DNA from: Octopus bimaculoides
Taxonomy: Eukaryota
Direction: 5' to 3'
DNA: 34,745 bases
NCBI RefSeq assembly: GCF_001194135.2
Contig: NC_068994.1
Coordinates: 50,856,632 to 50,891,376 of the forward strand
Shown: positions 1 to 9,904 of the stretch, in pieces
How the letters are laid out: every line of letters starts with the position of its first letter
Numbering within the stretch: position 1 is the first letter of the stretch
The notes under the pieces: generated by a model
Database searches by the model: none
Told to the model about the DNA's origin: nothing
Seen by the model: only the letters and a program-made list of their open reading frames with translations
Position numbers and translations under genes: made by a program

Positions 1-263
1 CCCCGACAACAACAGATTCTATTTCCGTAAACTTTCGTTTTTTTTTCTTTTTCTTTTTTTTTTGCTGTTGTTATATAATTTTATTGTTTTTATCTTTTAT
101 CTAATTTCTTTTTATTTCTTTTTTTTTTGTTAACGCTTCCCCCCTCTCCTTTCTTTCCTCGTTTTCGTTTCTGTTATCATTAATTCTAGATTCATTTACA
201 TATTACAATCTAATTCTGCAAAGTTTCTCAAAAATGGTAATTGAAAACAAAAAGAAACAAAAC

Positions 264-294
<31 letters not shown>

Positions 295-420
295 ATATAC
301 ACATACACACACACACACACACATTGTATGGAAGATCGAAACATGTGATAGATCAAAATTATTATCAGTAATAGTGGTACTAGTACAGATAGAATCATCA
401 TTATTATTAGTATCATCATC

Positions 421-464
<44 letters not shown>

Positions 465-816
465 CACTACTTCTACTACCATTATTTGATAAAAACCATT
501 TATGTTTCAGTCAAATCTCTCTCTCTCTCAACTTGTTAGTATTCACAACACAAATGGCGTTTGATATTCTGATATATTCACATAGAGTCATGTATCTTGT
601 TCAAGGTTTAACTCGTTAGCAGTCATAATCTAAATGGCTGTTAGATGTCGATACATTTGTACAGCGAAGAATAATGTCTTGTCTCAGATTTAACAGCTTA
701 GCTTTCATAATACTTATACTTCAAGATATAGCAATCTATTCATTTAGAGTGGAGCGGTGTGTCTTGTCTAGGGTTTAATTCTTTACTGCTTGTGACACTG
801 ATTATGTTAGCTATCA

Positions 817-1207
817 TTTACTCGTTTTGGTCATTAGACTGCAGCCATGCTGGGGCACCGCCTTGAAAGGTTTTAGTTGAACAAATCGACCCCAAGACGT
901 ACTTTTTAAAGCCTAGTACTTATTCTGTTGGTCACTTTTGCCGAACTGCTAAGCTATGGAGATGTAAACACACCAACACAGGTTGTCAAGCACTAGTGGG
1001 AGGACAAACACAGACACATACCTGCAATCATAGACATACACACACGACAGGCTTCTTTCAGTTTCCATCTACCAAATGCACTCACAAAGCTTTGTTCAGC
1101 CCAAGGCTATATAGTTAAAGACACTTGCCCAAGGTGTCATACAGTTAGATTGAACCTGGTAGCATGTGGTTGGGAAGCGAGCTTCTTAGCAGACATCCAT
1201 ACCAGCA
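817..1207 (-). mobile_element. tRNA-derived SINE, family A (tRNA-like head, internal CA microsatellite, conserved 3' body), diverged near-full copy
   Basis: Collinear similarity to the 5077-5469 copy: gcagccatgctggggcaccgcc ... gacaggcttctttcagtttccatctaccaaat ... gacacttgcccaaggtg ... catgtggttgggaagcgagcttctta. Confidence 0.85.
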
Positions 1208-1461
1208 TCTGTATATTATAACAGTTTAGAAACTTTGGGAGATATGAAGTAAATTATTTTTATGAGTGGGACTTGAAGTAGATTAAGCTATAAACAATTA
1301 TATGTACGGGCTAAAGAGGCCTTTGCATGGAAAAAAAAAGTAAACATTTGTTTTCCATCTAAGAGGTTTTTTAACCCAACATTCTGCACACTTTTACTTC
1401 TATTTGCAGCCTTATATACTTAGAGTACCACCATCATTAAAAATAATTTACTCTGTGTGTG

Positions 1462-1700
1462 TGAAGGCATGTGGTCTAGTGCTTTGAGTGTTGCACTCAT
1501 GATTGCTAGATTGTGGGTTCCATTCTCAGACTGGGCAGTGCATTGTGTTCTTGGGCAAAACACTTCACTTCAACATTGCTTCAGTTCACTCAGCTGTAAA
1601 TAGGTGACCCTGTGATGGAATAGCCTTCTGATCAGGGGAAATGTTGGCCTGCTCACCTAGCCAGTAGGGTGGCGTCTTTCAAAGGCTAAAACCATTTACT
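1462..1700 (+). mobile_element. tRNA-derived SINE, family D (CORE/V-domain-like central region), diverged
   Basis: Head ggcatgtggtctagtg ... gggttccattc, then ttgggcaaaacacttcacttcaacattgcttcagttcactcagctgtaaa and accctgtgatggaatagcc. A related copy is at 17878-18170. Domain naming is from recall of SINE superfamilies. Confidence 0.65.
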
Positions 1701-2201
1701 CCGAAAGGATATTTATATGATTATGTGTTTGTGTGTAAGCATTCATATGTGCATGTATATAACTTTCATTACAGTATATTGATGAGGGCTATAAACAGGA
1801 AAGGGAACACTGAAAACTTGGATTTTACAAAGTCCTTTGTGATTTCTCTTCTACAGTGAGTTACAGATACTCCCTTGTCTCTCCTGCTATCAGAACTAGT
1901 GAATCAATGATTGGTCTATTAGAGACTTGTAACCGATGATGCCATCATTCACATAATGCATTATACTGTTCCTACTTCCAATGGATGCCACTTGACGCAA
2001 AGGGCCTCATAGGTGGCTTTCTCTCTGAGGTACACTGCCTATGAATCTTGTATGGATTTCTGCCATGTTTTTCTTTTTTTTTTTGACAGGAAATTGTGGC
2101 ATAAATAATAAATGTGATGCGAATAGGTGATTTTGTATTTGGTAAAGAAGAAAACAAAAGAATAACAGGGTGTAATGGATGTGAATGGTGGACAAACATA
2201 G

Positions 2202-2273
<72 letters not shown>

Positions 2274-2963
2274 CGAGGCGGTGGAATTTGGGGAGAAGCT
2301 GTCCTGGGCAGACTTGGTGTGGATGTTGGCTCTCATGGGAAAGATGATGTCACAGCGAAACATATGGAAGGTTAATGTATGACAATTTTGTCCAACCCCA
2401 TGTAGAAAAATGAATGTAAAATCAATGATAATGATAATGATTTTCATGCGTAACTCGCTGGGTTTTATGTTTACAGAAAAATTTAAGTTTTTACCATGTT
2501 TGTTTTTTTTAAAATTTTGTTAAGGGGTTTCTCTGTTGTTCTGGGTTTTTGTTGTTTTTTTTTTTCTTTCTCTTAAACGATATCCATCTTCTGATGAAAT
2601 ATCTGTTTTTTGTCTGTTTTTTGCTGTTATTGGTAGTGTTTGTCATTTGTATTTTTGAGATTATTTAATGTTAATAACCCTACCCATCCATTCACCGCCT
2701 CCTCTTGTTGTTGTTGTTATAGCGTGGTTGTCAGGAGAGTATTGGAAGATGTGTACCGTAAAATTAACCATGCTACGCTCTAGCGATGTTGTTATTTTAA
2801 CCATCCACTCAAATCACTCTCTCTCTCTACCACAGTGGAACTACAATATTGGATGGAAACCATAAATATATACATGTGCGTTTACATGCATATGAGAGTG
2901 TGTGTGTGTGTGTGTTAGTGCTTGTATGTGTGCATCTCTCCTTAAAGTCTTGTATTATTGTAG

Positions 2964-3026
2964 ACATTAACTGCCAGGCTGATATGAATATCTCATACAA
3001 AACCAATGAACAGGAGAACATTTATG
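2964..3026 (+). CDS. Candidate 63-nt internal exon (phase 1-1): (D)INCQADMNISYKTNEQENIY; product unknown
   Basis: Acceptor tattattgtAG ends at 2963, donor GTcagt starts at 3027, frame is open, length is a multiple of 3, and the sequence is not low-complexity. No homology recognised. Confidence 0.3.
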
Positions 3027-3316
3027 GTCAGTTAGTTGATTTCAGAACCTGCAGCTTCCCTACTTCTCTCCACCCTTTAATTATGCCCATCTTTCTAATC
3101 ATAATTACTGGTACACNNNNNNNNNNNNNNNNNNNNNNNNNNNNNNNNNNNNNNNNNNNNNNNNNNNNNNNNNNNNNNNNNNNNNNNNNNNNNNNNNCAA
3201 GGAAGCCATTATATAGTTGCTCAACCCAATAGTGATAGCAACCACATTTCCCTCAAATTACAAACTACTCCTTAAAAACATCTTATGCATCCATAAAAGA
3301 AAATGCTTTTTCCATT

Positions 3317-3545
3317 GGTGGCAAGCTGGCTGAATCATTAGCACAACAGGTGAAATGCTTAGCAGTGTTTCATTTACATTCTGAGTTCAAATTCCGCCGA
3401 GGTCATCTTTGCTTTTCATCCTCTTGGGGTCGATAAATTTAGTACCAGTTATGTACTGGGGTCGATGTAATCGACTTAATCCCATCCCCTAAATTTGAGG
3501 CCTTATGTTTCCAGTAGAAAGGATTATTATTATTATTATTATTAA
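3317..3545 (+). mobile_element. tRNA-derived SINE with Nin-domain-like core (family N), copy 1 of a tandem pair
   Basis: A-box-like ctggctgaatc, B-box-like gagttcaaattcc, core gcttttcatcctcttggggtcgataaatttagtaccag, (ATT)n tail. Confidence 0.85.
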
Positions 3546-3790
3546 GGCAGCAGGCTGACAGAATTGTTAGCACACAGGATGGAATGCGTAGCAGTATTTT
3601 GCCCATCGCTACATTCTGAGTTCAAATTCCGCCAAAGTCGACTTTGCTTTCATCCTTTCAGGGTCAATAAATCAAGTACCAGTTGCATACTGGAGTCGAT
3701 GTAATCAACTGACTCCCCCCTCCTCCCAAAATTTCAGGCCTTGTGCCTTTAGTAGAAAGGATTATTATTATTGTTGTTGTTGTTGTTGTT
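3546..3790 (+). mobile_element. tRNA-derived SINE with Nin-domain-like core (family N), copy 2 of a tandem pair
   Basis: Starts right after the (ATT)n tail of copy 1; gagttcaaattccgcc, gactttgctttcatcctttcagggtcaataaatcaagtaccag, gtagaaaggattatt tail. Confidence 0.85.
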
Positions 3791-4134
3791 ACTTCACTGC
3801 AAGCCTAGTCATTTATGCGTTTCTGAATTAATAAACAACAGCTATGACCTTGTCCTAGCACTTGACTGACAAACAACAGAGAACTTGTTTCAAGATTATT
3901 TTTCTTTGTGTATGTGTGTGTGTAATCCATGCTTTATGCTTTCTTAATTGTGTTAATAAAAAAAGAAAAAATTAGTTAATTTTGCACCACCACCACCACC
4001 GCCGCCACCGCCACATCTTTTCATAACTTCTTTACTCTGTATGTGTGTGTGTGTGTGTGTGTGTGTTCTNNNNNNNNNNNNNCTGGGGTTGGTTGATTAT
4101 TTTAATTTTTTTTTTTTTTGGTCTTTTGTTCTAG

Positions 4135-4205
4135 AAACACTTGACATTTTTAAGTGTACGAACTGTAAAAGTTGTGTGTGTGTTAGAGTTTATTTATACA
4201 CATAG
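4135..4205 (+). CDS. Candidate phase-1 exon (E)TLDIFKCTNCKSC...; 3' boundary uncertain
   Basis: Very strong polypyrimidine tract (t-run, ggtcttttgttctAG) ends at 4134. Splicing to 2964-3026 creates ENIYETLDIF. In-frame TAG at 4203-4205; the internal donors are weak. Confidence 0.22.
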
Positions 4206-4363
4206 TGTTTAATACAAATACATGCACACATGTGTATGATGGTGTGTGATGGCTGAAAACCAGGGGGGAGACATCTCTTGCCAGTCCTTCTAATTTTCTA
4301 CATGAGCATCAATTAGTTTTGTTAGATCATTTTGATAGAATAATAATAATGATTTCTTTTTAG

Positions 4364-4457
4364 CAGCAGTGCTACTGCTGGTGGAAGCCATGGCGGCATA
4401 GGTGGTGGTATAGGTGGTAGTTGTAATCAGCAGCAGCAGCAGCAGCAAGAGCTGTAG
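4364..4457 (+). CDS. Candidate terminal exon, Gly-rich/polyQ tail SSATAGGSHGGIGGGIGGSCNQQQQQQQEL*
   Basis: Acceptor gatttcttttTAG followed by tandem CAG CAG (NAGNAG). The phase-2 frame is open to TAG at 4455-4457. Could equally be non-coding trinucleotide-rich DNA. Confidence 0.2.
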
Positions 4458-4658
4458 ACAGTACAGAGCATAGATGCTGCTCTTGAGATTCTAGTTTCAG
4501 AGAATTTTGTTTGAGTTCCTCAAAGTATGGTGGCATTTATTCCGAATAGATGATTGCTTAATTAAATACTTAACAGGTGAGCTCTGACTTGCCATACCCA
4601 CCAGCCTCAACTGTTGAAATACCAGTACAGCTACTGTCAATATATGTGTTACATATGG

Positions 4659-4705
<47 letters not shown>

Positions 4706-5076
4706 CACACAAATAAATATACTTACATATAAATGTACATACATACATATACAAGACAAGGCATAAATAATGGTTATTCTTTTTTTAATTTTTTTATTGT
4801 AGTAAATTTGCCTTACAGATGTTTCCAGTAGTCATTATAGGTTCGGTGTTAATAGGTTCACTCTATCAGCCCATTGATTGGTTGACAAAAATTGGAACAA
4901 CCTACCATACTTTCATCAGAAATGGGAATGGACTATAACCTCAGACCCTGCCACATGAATATGCAGAATTCATTACTAATCTAAACAACATTGTTAGTCT
5001 GGTGAACTAACAGAGAGCTTATAAAGTATTTGACCCGGATTGATAATCCCTTAATAATAACTACATATGTATATAT

Positions 5077-5254
5077 ATTCTTTTATTCGTTTCAGTTGTT
5101 TGACTGCGGCCATGCTGGAGCGCCGGCTTTAGTCGAACAAACCGCCCCCACGACTTATTCTGTCGATCTGTTTTGCCGAACTGCTAAGTTACAGCGGCGC
5201 AAACACACCGACATCGGTTGTGAAGCGATGGTGAGGGGACAAATACACTCGAAG

Positions 5255-5290
<36 letters not shown>

Positions 5291-5465
5291 ATACACACAT
5301 ATATATATGACGAGCCTCTTTCAGTTTCCATCTACTAAATCTGCTCACAAGGCTTTGGTTGGCCCGAAGCTATAGTAGAAGACACTTGCCCAAGGTGCCA
5401 GGCAGTGGGACTGAACCCGGAACCATGTGGTTGGGAAGCAAGCTTCTTACCACACAGCCATGCCT

Positions 5466-5469
<4 letters not shown>
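5077..5469 (-). mobile_element. tRNA-derived SINE, family A, best-preserved full-length copy
   Basis: On minus: A-box-like TGGCTGTGTGG (5450-5460), B-box-like GGTTCAGTCCC (5407-5417), ccttgggcaagtgtcttct segment, internal (TG)n, 3' body ending gcatggccgcagtcaaacaactgaaacgaataaaag. More than ten related copies or fragments occur in the window. Confidence 0.9.
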
Positions 5470-5501
<32 letters not shown>

Positions 5502-5677
5502 ATTATTATTTTTATAATTTGTATATATTTATTTTATTATAAATGCAAAACAACACCATATATATATATGCACACACACACATATATATACACACATACA
5601 TATATATACACACACATATATATATACACGCACACATATATACACACACATATACACACACACACACATATATATAC

Positions 5678-5724
<47 letters not shown>

Positions 5725-5729
5725 CATAC

Positions 5730-5764
<35 letters not shown>

Positions 5765-5790
5765 TATATACATATATATACACATATATG
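5470..5790. repeat. Compound (TA)n/(CA)n microsatellite
   Basis: Directly visible; explains the ORFs between 5427 and 5853. Confidence 0.95.
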
Positions 5791-5897
5791 TGAAAGAGGG
5801 GAGCTCGTGGTGGTAAAGAGATTGCGTAGCATTTTCGATTCACCTTGATCCAAGTGGTCTACAGCTGGATCTCACTCCATCTTTTGATGTGAAATTT

Positions 5898-6000
5898 TTA
5901 TGTCCTCCATTGATCTTGTGGTTGTTGTTGTTGTTGCTGTGCAAGATTACGTAATCTAGTTAGGAGTGAATTAGTCTGAGATGTAAAAGCAACTGTAGAG
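5898..6000 (-). CDS. Candidate terminal exon (S)STVAFTSQTNSLLTRLRNLAQQQQQQPQDQWRT*
   Basis: On minus, a strong acceptor tctgtctgccaccttccccgctcCAG lies at 6001-6026, and the phase-2 frame is open for 33 codons to TAA at 5898-5900. No homology recognised. Confidence 0.2.
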
Positions 6001-6261
6001 CTGGAGCGGGGAAGGTGGCAGACAGATCGCACGCACTTGTGTGTGCGTGTNNNNNNNNNNTCGTTCCTCTCTATCCCCATCATCAAAGCTATCTGACTCT
6101 CCTCTCATCCCACCACTCTCTCTACTCCCTCATTTTTTTCTTTCTCTTCTCTCTCTCTCCCCCCGCCACCCTTTCCTTTTCATCTATTATGGCTTTGATT
6201 CCAATAACAAGGCCTTCTGTCCATCTTATGAAAGCTAAAATGATGACTAAACTACAAGTTT

Positions 6262-6345
6262 CCTTGTTGCTGTTTAACCCCGAGATCAGCTCTGACCCAG
6301 CAAGCAGACTTCTGATCAAAGAGATACCAGCTTTGGCCATGCTTT
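6262..6345 (-). mobile_element. 3' tail fragment of dispersed repeat family E (...gatcagagctgatctcggggttaaacagcaac)
   Basis: The same motif recurs at about 14370-14585 (+), 20215-20310 (-), 26530-26620 (-), 30160-30420 (+), 31420-31590 (+) and 33655-33705 (-). The (AAC)n-type tail suggests a retroposon 3' end. Confidence 0.65.
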
Positions 6346-6578
6346 CTTTACTTTCTTTGTCCTTTCTTTCTGTCCTTCCTTCTGCCTTCATTTCCTTTCT
6401 TTCCCTCTCTCTCTCTCTCTTTTTCTCTCTTCCCTTTTGCTTTCTTTCTTCGTTCTTGCCTCCTTTCTTCCTTTCTTTCTCTCCATTCCTTTCTTCTTCT
6501 TTTCTCAATCACAATATATATTTTGGACTAAATTATCAAATTTATCAGTATCTCAAGTCAACAGTGTATATATTGAGG

Positions 6579-6660
6579 GACATGCTGGACTGTGGAAAAA
6601 CACGACCCAAACTTTATGAAGACAATCATAACTGGGGGCGAGGTATGGGTTTATGGTCTC
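6579..6660 (+). pseudogene. Mariner (Tc1/mariner) transposase fragment, first catalytic-D region, degenerate
   Basis: Reads DMLDCGK-(frameshift)-HDPNFMKTIITGGEVWVYG, matching the mariner consensus QDxLDxxxxDPxFxxxIITGDEtWVYgYD. The catalytic D codon is now GGC. Confidence 0.8.
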
Positions 6661-6662
6661 TA

Positions 6663-6790
6663 CTCAATGCTTTCGGTGATCTTGCTTGAAAGCAAAAATC
6701 TGATGAGCGTGCCCTACACATCTGTACTCTGAGTGTAACAGCTGGCAACTAACACGGCCTACTGGCACTAAAATTATTGTGCGAGCGTAG
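6663..6790 (-). mobile_element. Probable 5' leader and start of a mariner transposase, opposite orientation to the adjacent fragment
   Basis: Minus strand reads ...gtgtagggcacgctcatcagatttttgctttcaagcaag ATC ACC GAA AGC ATT GAG, resembling an MTERIEQ-type mariner N-terminus with a mutated ATG (recall-based). Confidence 0.5.
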
Positions 6791-6836
6791 GAGGATGACA
6801 TCACCTCTCACTTGGAGGATTTTGGCAGGAAAAAAA

Positions 6837-7027
6837 TCATCATCATCATCATCATCGTTTAACGTCCGCTTTCCATGCTAGCATGGGTTGGACGATTTGA
6901 CTGAGGACTGGTGAAACCAGACGGCTACACCAGGCTCCAATCTGATTTGGCAGAGTTTCTACAGCTGGATGCCCTTCCTAACGCCAACCACTCAGAGAGT
7001 GTAGTGGGTGCTTTTACGTGCCACCGT
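6837..7027 (-). mobile_element. SINE family B (Meta-domain-like ggcgttaggaagggcatccagctgtagaaac; ggacgttaaacgatgatg tail)
   Basis: Near-identical reverse complement of 25000-25191; (GAT)n tail; core motif at 6967-6985. Confidence 0.85.
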
Positions 7028-7075
7028 CACGAAGTCGAATACTTTTTGAATGCACTCGTATATACACACAACATT

Positions 7076-7213
7076 CTTCCACACAGTTTCCATCTGCCAA
7101 ATTCAATCACAAAGCCTTGGTCGAGTGGGTCTATAGTAGAAGACACTTGCAAAGACGTGATGCAGAATGACTGAACCCCAAACCACGAGATTACGAAACA
7201 AGCTTCTCAACCA
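7076..7213 (-). mobile_element. SINE family A head fragment
   Basis: cagtttccatctgccaaattcaatcacaaagccttggtcg ... ctatagtagaagacacttgc ... gactgaacccc. Confidence 0.75.
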
Positions 7214-7884
7214 AAAAAAAAGGGGGAAAACAAGAAATACTATACAACTACCAAAAGTTTACAGTATGACCTCACTTATATCTAATGGAGTAATGTGTAC
7301 CCTAACAACAATACAACACTCTATGACGACAACGAGAAGGATATTGAGGTCAGTGGTGAAGGTGGTGAGGATGATGGAAAAACCATCATGGCATCTTTCA
7401 ATAATGTTTGCTGCCAACCATTGAAAAAAGTCAATTTAATATCTTCAACATAATATTGATTGCTACTCTATACATACTGATTGTCAATGTACCTTTTAGA
7501 GATCATTTTGGAAGAAAAGAAACCAAGTTGATGTTGTTGTTGTTGTTATGGTTGTTATTGTATTTTATTTTCTAACTTTGTTTTTTTATCGTATTTTTCT
7601 TTTGCTTTCATTTTCTTTTTTTTCTATTTTTGGTTACTTGTTTCCTTATATTTTTGTTTCTGTTGTTTTGTTCCTTTTTCTTTCTCCTCCTCTTTGCTCT
7701 GACTAATCTACTATTCATCATCATAGGTTGATTTCTCATTTATTTTCTCTCTTCATTTTTTTTTTTATATTTCATCATTCCTGTCATGTTAAATACGTAC
7801 ACACATAACATATGTTTACACACTCACACACACCTATATATATATATATATATATATAATGTTCTTTTTTATGCATTAACTCTT

Positions 7885-8500
7885 TTCATTTATTGGGCTG
7901 CTGTCATGCTGTGGTGCCACTTTCAAGGGTTTATCGATCTTATCGAAGCCCACCCCCCAATATTTATTTTATCAAGCTATATTTGCCTGATTGCTAAGTT
8001 ATGGCATTTAAAGGGATACAATGCAAACAATTCCACTCTTTAGGCTTGTGAAATTATATTAACACACATATTCATACACACAGATACATTTGTGTGTGTG
8101 TGTATGTACATGTGTGTGTATGTACATGTGTGTGTGTGTGTATGTATATATATATATATATATACATACACACACACACACACACACAGAGTGGGCTTTT
8201 GTATTGTGTCTGTCTATCCAGTTCCACTCCACCTCAGGCTGAGGTATAAAACTTGCTATAGTGCCACACTATGGGCTTAGCATCATGTAAAGTGTTGTTT
8301 CTGAGCATTAACTTTTCAACCTCATAGACTTGCTCTGCATGGATGTATGGTTTGGAAGTTCCCTTTCTCCTGACCGTGTGGTTTCAGGTTCAGTTCCAAC
8401 TGCGCAGCATCTTGGGCAAACGACTTCTGCTTACAGCCTGAACCAACCTAAACCTTGCGAGTGAAATTTGGTACACATAAACTGTACCAAAGCAGCTCAT
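7885..8500. mobile_element. Cluster of highly diverged family A SINE fragments (minus 3' part, minus head, plus head)
   Basis: Partial matches: gtcatgctgtggtgccactttcaagg; gtctatccagttccactcacc; ggttcagttccaactgcgcagcatcttgggcaaa ... ccttgcgagtgaaatttggta. Confidence 0.55.
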
Positions 8501-9139
8501 GTGTATGTGTGTGCCTGTTTGTGTTTGTGCTTCTGCAAAAAAAAGCAGCACAGTTGGTGATGTTATCCTCATTTCCTCTATCAATTAATTATCTACTGGC
8601 TTTGAGCCATTTGAAGACATATGGAATTATAAATTCCTCACTGGAAAAATGAGTAAGGATTAGCAACAGAAAGAGCATCCATCTGTAGTGCAATGCCCCA
8701 ATAATATATTCAATTAACCCATGCTCGCATGGCAAAGTGGGCGTAAAATTTAATGGAGAACATTGTATATATATATATATATATATAATATATTGATATA
8801 TATAAAGTAGAAAGACTGACAAATGATGGCAGGTGTAAGGAATGCATCTATATGAAAAGTTGTGTCTATAATTTACATGATGCAATCAAGTCACATCTTT
8901 ACACCTGTTTCAAATGGTCGATGACTGGTTGATATAACAATGCATATTATGTTAGCAGACAATATTGTTGCTGTCCATAAAGGCAAAGCAAAGTAAATCA
9001 ACTAGCATTGATTTTGATGGTTCCATACAGCAGAGGTATGCCAGTCTCTTCAGATGATAGTGGGTGAGTGAGTGTGTGTGTGTGTGTGTGTGTCTTTCCC
9101 TTTATGTCATGTTGTTGTTGAATCTCATTCATTTCCACT

Positions 9140-9300
9140 AGTCTACAGAAATATGTCTGTCTGGCTATGGGGAAATATTAGCTTGCTGAGAAACAGGTGA
9201 GTGTTTGTAACAGGAAGGGCATCCAGCCATAGAAAATGTGCCTCAGTAAACATTGTCTGACTTATGCAAGCATGGACAAGTAAACATTAGATTGATGATA
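9140..9300 (+). mobile_element. 3' part of SINE family C (ctatggggaaatatt ... acaggaagggcatccagccatagaaaa ... gcaagcatgga ... gatgat)
   Basis: Similar to 13590-13930 and shares the aggaagggcatcc motif with family B. Confidence 0.7.
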
Positions 9301-9904
9301 TATATATATATGATGATTACATATGTGTATGTACGTACGTACATACATACGTTAGTGCACATGTGTGAAAGTCAGTAGCTAAATGATATATTGATTCCTC
9401 ATATCTATTCTTGCAGACAGATTTCCGAACTGTTCCATTTGCAGCACTAGAAACTTGGACTTCCTTGACTGTAGCAACCTTTTTTCTTAATTTGTCTTGG
9501 TTGTAGTTGTTGCTGTCATTGTTTAGAAACCATCATCATCATCATAACTGACATCATCATCATCAATATTATTGTTACTATTATTGCTTTTATTATTATT
9601 ATTATTGTTGTTGTTGTTGTTGTGGATGGTTGTGATATTTATCTTACCTCATCACTTTTCTTTCTGCTTTTGATGTTTTGTTTATGGTCTTTATTTAGTT
9701 GTCGTTTATTTTCTGGGAGGGGATCTGCATGTCTTTCTATCCACTGTTTCTCCTCCTCCTCCTGCTCTCTGTACTCCTCCATACTCTATCCCACCTTTTA
9801 CATCTGTTTTCTCTGTCTATGTATGTATATGTATATGTATATATGTATACGCACTCACACATGTATATATAATATATATGATAGACGAAAGTAATGGCTT
9901 TCTA

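Noticed and set aside
1780-1850. IDEG...LDFTKSF, reminiscent of the CR1/L2 RT motif LDEG..VD..YLDFSKAFD
   Set aside because: It needs a frameshift, is very short and has no further RT motifs; insufficient to call.
2590-4920. Other CTGATGA heptamers (about 2592 plus, about 4913 minus, also about 6700 plus)
   Set aside because: They have no downstream stem II/GAAA or stem I complementarity, so they are not hammerheads.
5400-5469. tRNA-like A/B boxes in SINE heads
   Set aside because: No complete cloverleaf or anticodon arm is supportable; these are SINE promoters, not tRNA genes.
6015-6689. 224-aa plus ORF and 128-aa minus ORF
   Set aside because: They span a gap, CT-rich tracts and a family E repeat tail; only the last part overlaps the mariner relic, and in a different frame.
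7286-7453. 55-codon open frame NNNTTLYDDNEKDIEVSGEGGEDDGKT...VCCQPLKK*
   Set aside because: It has an in-frame TAA immediately upstream and only a weak GAG acceptor, and the acidic/Gly content follows from GAT/GGT-rich DNA. Kept only as a remote possibility.
8592-8652. STGFEPFEDIWNYKFLTGKM followed by GTAAGG donor
   Set aside because: An in-frame TAA lies directly upstream with no AG acceptor between it and the segment.
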